DNA of 31,483 bases from the IMG/VR virus record IMGVR_UViG_3300030104_002272, positions 1 to 31,483 of that record. One strand, given 5' to 3'. The notes beneath the pieces are model-generated. The model did no database searches. It was not told where the DNA came from and saw nothing but the letters and a program-made list of their open reading frames with translations. Each line of letters starts with the position of its first letter. Position 1 is the first letter of the stretch. Both the position numbers and the translations under genes were made by a program. The DNA comes from a virus. Taxonomy: Duplodnaviria; Caudoviricetes. Below are positions 25,829 through 31,483 of the stretch, one piece after another.

Positions 25829-26185
25829 ATGCAGATACTTACAACGACAGGAACAAGAGTAATAAATTTCATTCCACGCGAAACAATAAGCGGTGCAAAA
25901 ACATATCAATTAATTATCAAATCTGAAGCACAGAATAAAATTATTTTAACAGATAGTACAGCTACATTTGTAGAATTAGATTATTTTTACACTTATACAA
26001 CAACACAGGCTTTGGTAGAAAACAATTATTATACTATTACAATAACCAACACAACGGATAACACAATTATATTTAAAGATAAAATGTATTGCAGCGATCA
26101 AACGTTATCAGATTATGAAATTAGTAATGGTGTATACATAGAACAAAGCACAGGAGATAATCAATTTATATATTACAATGGATAA
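25829..26185 (+). CDS. Probable virion structural protein (head closure/Ig-like)
   Basis: 118 aa, Thr/Tyr-rich beta protein directly upstream of the portal. Confidence 0.45.
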   Translation: MQILTTTGTRVINFIPRETISGAKTYQLIIKSEAQNKIILTDSTATFVELDYFYTYTTTQALVENNYYTITITNTTDNTIIFKDKMYCSDQTLSDYEISNGVYIEQSTGDNQFIYYNG

Positions 26186-27977
26186 TTTACACTTAATACA
26201 ATTAGGACAATACGAACGCCCAACGGTGGTTGAGGAAAGAAACAAGGATTGGGTTGGTATTGGCGATAACAATGATTATTATCAATGCTTAATTGATGCT
26301 TATATGGATAGTACAACAAACAATGCTGTTATTAATGGTGTTGTTAACTGTATTTATGGTAAGGGGATTGATGCAACGGATTCAAGCAGAAAGCCAGAGC
26401 AATATGCACAAATGAGATCTTTATTAAAACCTAAAGATTTACGCAGGGTTTGCCAAGATTTAAAACTATTAGGCGAAGCATCTTTTCAAATTACATACAA
26501 TAAGGATAAGATAGCAAGCATAACACATTTCCCACGTGAAACATTACGAGCAGAAAAAATGGATGGTAAGGGTAACGTTAAGCATTATTACTATGCACCT
26601 GATTGGAGTGCGGTTACCAGAAACACAAAATTAAAAAAGTTTCCTGTATTTGGTAGCGGAGCGCAAAACGAAATTTATATAATTAAAAGATACGTAACAG
26701 GTTTCTACTATTATTCGCCTGCGGATTGGGGTACAAGCTACCCTACGTTGGAAAAGGAGATTGCAGATTATTTAATAAATGATGCACAATCATCTTTTAG
26801 TGGTACGAAGGTTATCAATTTTAACAATGGTGTACCAGATCGTGAGAAGCAATTAGCAATTAAAAACGATGTTTTAGGCAAGTTAACGGGCAGCTACGGA
26901 GAAAAGGTGATAGTAGCATTTAACAACAACGCAGAAAGCAAAACAACTGTTGAGGATGTGCCTTTAAATGATGCACCTGCACACTATGAATATTTATCTA
27001 CAGAATGCCAACGTAAGATACAAGTAATGCACCGCGTGACATCGCCATTATTAATTGGCTTACGTGATGGAAATAGTTCTCTTGGTAGCAATGCAGATGA
27101 AATTAAAAATGCAAATTTATTATTTAATAACGTTGTTATCCAACCGTATCAGAATTTGATAATTGATTCATTAGATGAAATATTTGCATACAATGATATT
27201 AGTTTAAATCTATATTTTAAAACACTTGAGCCGCTTGAATTTATGGATTTGGATGGTTTTGAAACTGAAGAACAAAGAGAAGAAGAAACAGGTGTTAAAA
27301 GCGAAGATACGGAACTTGAAATAATGGCTTCTAAACCATTAAAAGATGAAGATAGTGATAAACTATTACAAGATGCGTTAAACGTGCTTGAGGGCGAAGT
27401 AATTGATTCTGAAGAATGGGAATTGGTTGATGTTAGGGATGTAGATGATGAAAACCAAAGCGAAGAAGATTGGGCAGGCGATATGATACAACTTGCAGAA
27501 TCAGTAAAAAGTGATACACCAATAAAAAACAAACCATCTGGTGATTCAATGCTTGATAAAAGTTATTACAAAATAAGGTACAAGTATGCGGTTGGTAGCC
27601 GTAAATCGGGTGGTAAAAGTAGAATGTTTTGTGAGGAGATGATGAACAGAAGCAGAAGGGGTGTTGTATATAGAATTGAAGATATTGATAAAGCAAGCAG
27701 AGAAATGAATTTTAGTGCTGCAAAACTACCAATGCATAACGGGCAGAAATACGATCTATTTAAATTTAAGGGTGGTGTATACTGTAAACATAGATGGAAA
27801 CAAGTATTATATAAAATTAAAAACACGTATGATAAAGGCAGCAAGCAACTTGCTGATTATGATATAGTTAAGGAAATACCAAAAAGCTATAAGAGAAAAC
27901 CATCGGGTACAAAACAATCGGAGAAAGCTCCAATTAATATGCCTAATAGGGGACATCATCCTGCATATAAAAAATAA
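26178..27977 (+). CDS. Portal protein with an acidic linker and a MuF-like Cys/His C-terminal domain
   Basis: W...G.NNDYY..L, STTNNAVI, D.KL.GEA, LTGS.G, HRVTSPLLIG, VIQPYQ; tail has SRMFC and KGGVYCKHRW. Confidence 0.85.
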   Translation: MDNLHLIQLGQYERPTVVEERNKDWVGIGDNNDYYQCLIDAYMDSTTNNAVINGVVNCIYGKGIDATDSSRKPEQYAQMRSLLKPKDLRRVCQDLKLLGEASFQITYNKDKIASITHFPRETLRAEKMDGKGNVKHYYYAPDWSAVTRNTKLKKFPVFGSGAQNEIYIIKRYVTGFYYYSPADWGTSYPTLEKEIADYLINDAQSSFSGTKVINFNNGVPDREKQLAIKNDVLGKLTGSYGEKVIVAFNNNAESKTTVEDVPLNDAPAHYEYLSTECQRKIQVMHRVTSPLLIGLRDGNSSLGSNADEIKNANLLFNNVVIQPYQNLIIDSLDEIFAYNDISLNLYFKTLEPLEFMDLDGFETEEQREEETGVKSEDTELEIMASKPLKDEDSDKLLQDALNVLEGEVIDSEEWELVDVRDVDDENQSEEDWAGDMIQLAESVKSDTPIKNKPSGDSMLDKSYYKIRYKYAVGSRKSGGKSRMFCEEMMNRSRRGVVYRIEDIDKASREMNFSAAKLPMHNGQKYDLFKFKGGVYCKHRWKQVLYKIKNTYDKGSKQLADYDIVKEIPKSYKRKPSGTKQSEKAPINMPNRGHHPAYKK

Positions 27978-27983
27978 AATAAA

Positions 27984-28484
27984 ATGGCGAAGGCACTATT
28001 TGTAACAAGACAAGATATTTCAGTTTTTACGGCTGCCAATGGTAACATTGATAATGATAAGCTATTACCATTTATTAACCAAGCGCAGGATATACACATA
28101 CAAAATTATTTAGGTACAGATCTATACGATAAAATACAAGCAGATATTGTTGCAGGTACTTTAGCAGGTGTTTATCTAACATTAGTTACTGATTATGTAA
28201 AAAGTATGTTATTGCATTGGAGTATGGTTGAATACCTACCGTATGCAGGCGTTAACATTGCAAATGGTGGTATATATACAAAGAATCCTGAAAACAGCAC
28301 AGCATTAAGTAAAGATCACGTTGATGCGTTGATTGAAAAGTCGCGTGATACTGCACAGTTTTATACGCGCAGGTTTATTGATTATATGACTTACAATTTA
28401 TCTTCATATCCTGAATATCAAAGCAATTCAAACGATGATATGTATCCAGATGATATTGCAGAAAATAGGGGGTGGGTTTTATAA
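27984..28484 (+). CDS. Head-tail adaptor protein
   Basis: NIDNDKLLPFI..AQDIHIQNYLGTDLY..I, YPEY; follows the portal. Confidence 0.6.
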   Translation: MAKALFVTRQDISVFTAANGNIDNDKLLPFINQAQDIHIQNYLGTDLYDKIQADIVAGTLAGVYLTLVTDYVKSMLLHWSMVEYLPYAGVNIANGGIYTKNPENSTALSKDHVDALIEKSRDTAQFYTRRFIDYMTYNLSSYPEYQSNSNDDMYPDDIAENRGWVL

Positions 28485-28495
28485 ATTAAAATATT

Positions 28496-29482
28496 ATGGC
28501 AAACACAATAGATTGGGGAAAAGCAACACAGAATAATACTAATGGATTTGGTAAATATCAAAACACAATAAACGCAGGCGATATTTATGCAAATTCTTAT
28601 GCAGGTGAAACTGTGATAGTTGGAACAAGTGCAGCATTTAGTTATTCAAAAAGTTCGTATCATCAGGGTGAAGCAGACCCAACACCAACCATAACAGGTA
28701 CAACAGGTGGAAGTTTTGTTTGTACATCTGGTGCTGTTTTTGTTGATACGGGTAGCACATCAAGTTCAACGGGACAAATTGATTTGGATGCTTCTACAAT
28801 TGATACACATTTAATTTCTTATACTGTTGACGGTGTTACAGCTACCGCTAATGTTGGCGTTACAGCTTCGCCATTCTTGGCTAATACCTATTCAATGCAA
28901 TTTGACGGAACAAATTACATAACAGCAGGCACAACATTAACCAATTTAAGCGTAAGTACATCTTTTAGTGTTTCGTGTTGGGTTAAAATTTCAACAAATA
29001 CTAATTATTATCATATTGTAGGGGGTTCAACTTCTTATGCTGCTTGGGATACTGGTTTTGGCTTATATACAAATGGAACAGGAATAAGATTTTGGGTAGA
29101 CCAATGGAATGGAGCTAATCAATATGTTGAAACTGCCTCGTTAAGCACAGGTCAATGGTATCATATAACTGCAACTTTTGACACTACTAACGGCTTAAAA
29201 TTATATGTTAATGCAGGAACGCCAACAACGGCAACAGGCACTTCAATAGATGGATTAACCAATAGTATATACTTTGGTAGTACGGGAACAAACACAACTT
29301 ACGCATATATAGGTTTCCTTGACGAAGTAGCCATTTGGAATACAGCACTATCTTCAGATGCAGTTACAGAGATTTACAACGCTACAAACAACAATAGCGG
29401 CAAAGCATTAGATTTAAGCACAAACACAGGAAATTATAGTTCAAGTTCTAACCTACAGTTTTGGTCAAGAATGGGAGATTAA
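28496..29482 (+). CDS. Virion protein with an Ig-like segment and one LamG domain
   Basis: PTPTITGTTGG.F...GQIDL, then YSMQFDG, FSVSCWVK, WYHITATFD, LKLYVN, LDEVAIWNTALS. Confidence 0.8.
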   Translation: MANTIDWGKATQNNTNGFGKYQNTINAGDIYANSYAGETVIVGTSAAFSYSKSSYHQGEADPTPTITGTTGGSFVCTSGAVFVDTGSTSSSTGQIDLDASTIDTHLISYTVDGVTATANVGVTASPFLANTYSMQFDGTNYITAGTTLTNLSVSTSFSVSCWVKISTNTNYYHIVGGSTSYAAWDTGFGLYTNGTGIRFWVDQWNGANQYVETASLSTGQWYHITATFDTTNGLKLYVNAGTPTTATGTSIDGLTNSIYFGSTGTNTTYAYIGFLDEVAIWNTALSSDAVTEIYNATNNNSGKALDLSTNTGNYSSSSNLQFWSRMGD

Positions 29483-29494
29483 TTAAATTAAATT

Positions 29495-31483
29495 ATGAGT
29501 ACAAAATACATAGCAAGCAACTGGAGATTACCTAATCAAGAGAATAGTAGTAAAAACGATAACTATGGTTTAGATTTTAATGGGAGTAATGAGTTCATAA
29601 ATATTGGAATAACTCCAAATTCATTAGTTGGTAACAATAATGCTTACACTGTATCTGCTTGGGTAAATCCTGACATTAGTGGAAATTTAAATATAATTGG
29701 TGCTATGGACACAAGCAACAGATGGTATTTTAGGGTGTTAAATGGTTATGCCTCCTATGCTTATGGAACAGCAACAGGTGATAATGGTTACAATACAGAA
29801 GCAGCAACTGAAGTTAGTTTAAATGTTTGGTCAAATATTGTTTTTACATTTGATGGTTCAACTACTCATAAAATTTATATCAATGGAGATTTAAAATTAA
29901 CACAATCATCTGGAAGTGGACAAACTGTAACAAGCACAAGAAATTTATATATAGGAGCTTTAAATAATAATGGAAGCACTCAAAACTATATGAATGGCTC
30001 TATTTCAGAACTTGCAGTTTTTAACTACGCTTTAACATCTACACAAATAAGCACTTTATACGGAAGCAGTTCTTTGGGTTCTGGTAATCCTATGGCTTTA
30101 AAACCTCAACCAGTAGCTTACTATCCTTTAGGCGATAATAGTGCTTCTAATCCACTAACACAACCAAACGTAGCTGTAGAAGATGCAACTGTTTTTGATT
30201 TTGATGGAAGTAATGATTATGTAAACTTAAACACCACTTTAAGTTCATTGGGCGTTACAACTTCTTTTAGTATTTCTACTTGGGTTAATATTTCTACGCT
30301 TGGCATTTATGACACTGTAATTGGTGCACCTGCTGCTTATGGTACTTGGAACGATGGTTTTGGTTTAATGGTTTACAACAATGCTTTATATTTTTGGGTT
30401 GAGGATTGGAATGACGCAAACCATTTTGTTCAAACCGCCACTTTAAACACAAGCCAATGGTATCATATAGTATGCACATTTAGCACTTCAAATGGATTAA
30501 AAATTTACGTTGATTCTGGCACACCAACAACAGCTTCAAATACTGAAATAGGAACATTAACTTTTCCAATGTTTATTGGGAGTACGGGAACAAACACCAC
30601 TTACGTATTTAATGGCGAAATCAGCAACACTCAAATTTGGAATACAGAGCTTTCTGCTTCAGATGTTACTACACTCTACAATTCAGGAGTTCCTTTATAC
30701 ACAGGAACACAACCTCAAGCAGCTAACTTAAAATCTTGGTATAAACTAAACAACACAGCAAACTGGGAAGCAGATAGTTCAGGCAATTGGCAAATACCAG
30801 AAGCTACTTCAGCATATCCACAGAGCTTTGATTTTGATGAGAGTGATGACTTTATAGATTTAGGAACAACAACTGATTATGATACTGGTGACCTTTCTGC
30901 GTCTATTTGGGTTAATGCGTCAAGTTTAAGAACAATTACAGGATATGCTTTTAGCAACTCTGGCTCTACCTCAATTGCTGGTTTTGATATTAAAGTAAAA
31001 ACTAATGAACAGGTAAACGTCAGCAGAATTACAACAACTAAAAGCTGTGGAACTGGTTGGTTAAGTATAGGGTTTATTGATGATGCTTGGCAACATTTAG
31101 CATTTACATATAATGAGTCAACAAATACTATAAAACTATTTTTAAATGGAGTACTTAAAGACACATCAACAGGAACTACACAAACAAATATTGCAAGTAA
31201 AAAGTTAACTATAGGTTCATATAAAGGCACATTAAATTTTTGGAAAGGTCAACTTTCTAATGCGCAGATATGGAATACAACATTATTAGATACAGATATT
31301 GAAACACTATACAACAACGGAAGCCCACTAACAACAGCAATAGCAAGTTCTAATTTAAAAGCGTGGTATAAACTTGATAATTCTGCAACATTCTCAACTA
31401 ATTGGAGTATTCCAGATGCTTCAGGAAATGGCAACACTGGAACAAGTTCCGGAATGACAGAACAAAACTTAGTAAACAACAAT
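29495..31483 (+). CDS. Multi-LamG tail fibre/adhesin, runs off the 3' end (not in ORF track)
   Basis: MSTKYIASNWRLPNQ...; 663 open codons with three LamG domains (YTVSAWVN, FSISTWVN, LSASIWVN). The last 65 codons match bases 1-195 in frame. Confidence 0.88.
   Translation, partial: MSTKYIASNWRLPNQENSSKNDNYGLDFNGSNEFINIGITPNSLVGNNNAYTVSAWVNPDISGNLNIIGAMDTSNRWYFRVLNGYASYAYGTATGDNGYNTEAATEVSLNVWSNIVFTFDGSTTHKIYINGDLKLTQSSGSGQTVTSTRNLYIGALNNNGSTQNYMNGSISELAVFNYALTSTQISTLYGSSSLGSGNPMALKPQPVAYYPLGDNSASNPLTQPNVAVEDATVFDFDGSNDYVNLNTTLSSLGVTTSFSISTWVNISTLGIYDTVIGAPAAYGTWNDGFGLMVYNNALYFWVEDWNDANHFVQTATLNTSQWYHIVCTFSTSNGLKIYVDSGTPTTASNTEIGTLTFPMFIGSTGTNTTYVFNGEISNTQIWNTELSASDVTTLYNSGVPLYTGTQPQAANLKSWYKLNNTANWEADSSGNWQIPEATSAYPQSFDFDESDDFIDLGTTTDYDTGDLSASIWVNASSLRTITGYAFSNSGSTSIAGFDIKVKTNEQVNVSRITTTKSCGTGWLSIGFIDDAWQHLAFTYNESTNTIKLFLNGVLKDTSTGTTQTNIASKKLTIGSYKGTLNFWKGQLSNAQIWNTTLLDTDIETLYNNGSPLTTAIASSNLKAWYKLDNSATFSTNWSIPDASGNGNTGTSSGMTEQNLVNNN
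31289..31483 (+). repeat. Imperfect direct repeat, copy 2 (copy 1 at 1-195)
   Basis: 179/195 identical to the window start. Confidence 0.95.

Noticed and set aside
31289-31483. Physical direct terminal repeat of the virion DNA
   Set aside because: The copies differ at 16 positions and lie mid-gene; true terminal repeats are identical.

Overview
An apparently near-complete (~31.3 kb) genome of a tailed dsDNA phage, siphovirus-like, with a tape measure and tail tube but no sheath. The host is most likely a Bacteroidota (Flavobacteriia-like) bacterium, inferred from low GC, A-rich start contexts with no Shine-Dalgarno, the amidase and lipoprotein types, and tandem LamG tail proteins. Every credible gene is on the + strand. 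Order: LamG adhesin (split across the window ends by a 195-bp, ~92% identical repeat), lysis cassette, metallophosphoesterase, early region (RHH regulator, putative annealase, PD-(D/E)XK exonuclease, SSB-like, HTH, AT-rich IbrB/ParB + IbrA/PAPS-reductase cassette, replication initiator, helicase, resolvase, ECF sigma), TerS/TerL, tail genes, protease/scaffold/MCP, tail tube, portal, adaptor, LamG proteins. No integrase, CI repressor, polymerase, tRNA, CRISPR or RT was seen. The most interesting non-coding signals: (1) the 3' UTR of the tail-tube gene is antisense to the start-codon regions of early genes (17/17 and 16/17 nt), a candidate late multi-target silencing RNA; (2) the putative origin inside the initiator gene has a second, intergenic copy next to a late promoter; (3) a 30-bp late-promoter motif occurs twice, plausibly read by the phage sigma; (4) a T9 -1 frameshift gives a hidden G/GT-type chaperone pair. 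All product calls come from motifs read by eye, not from database searches.
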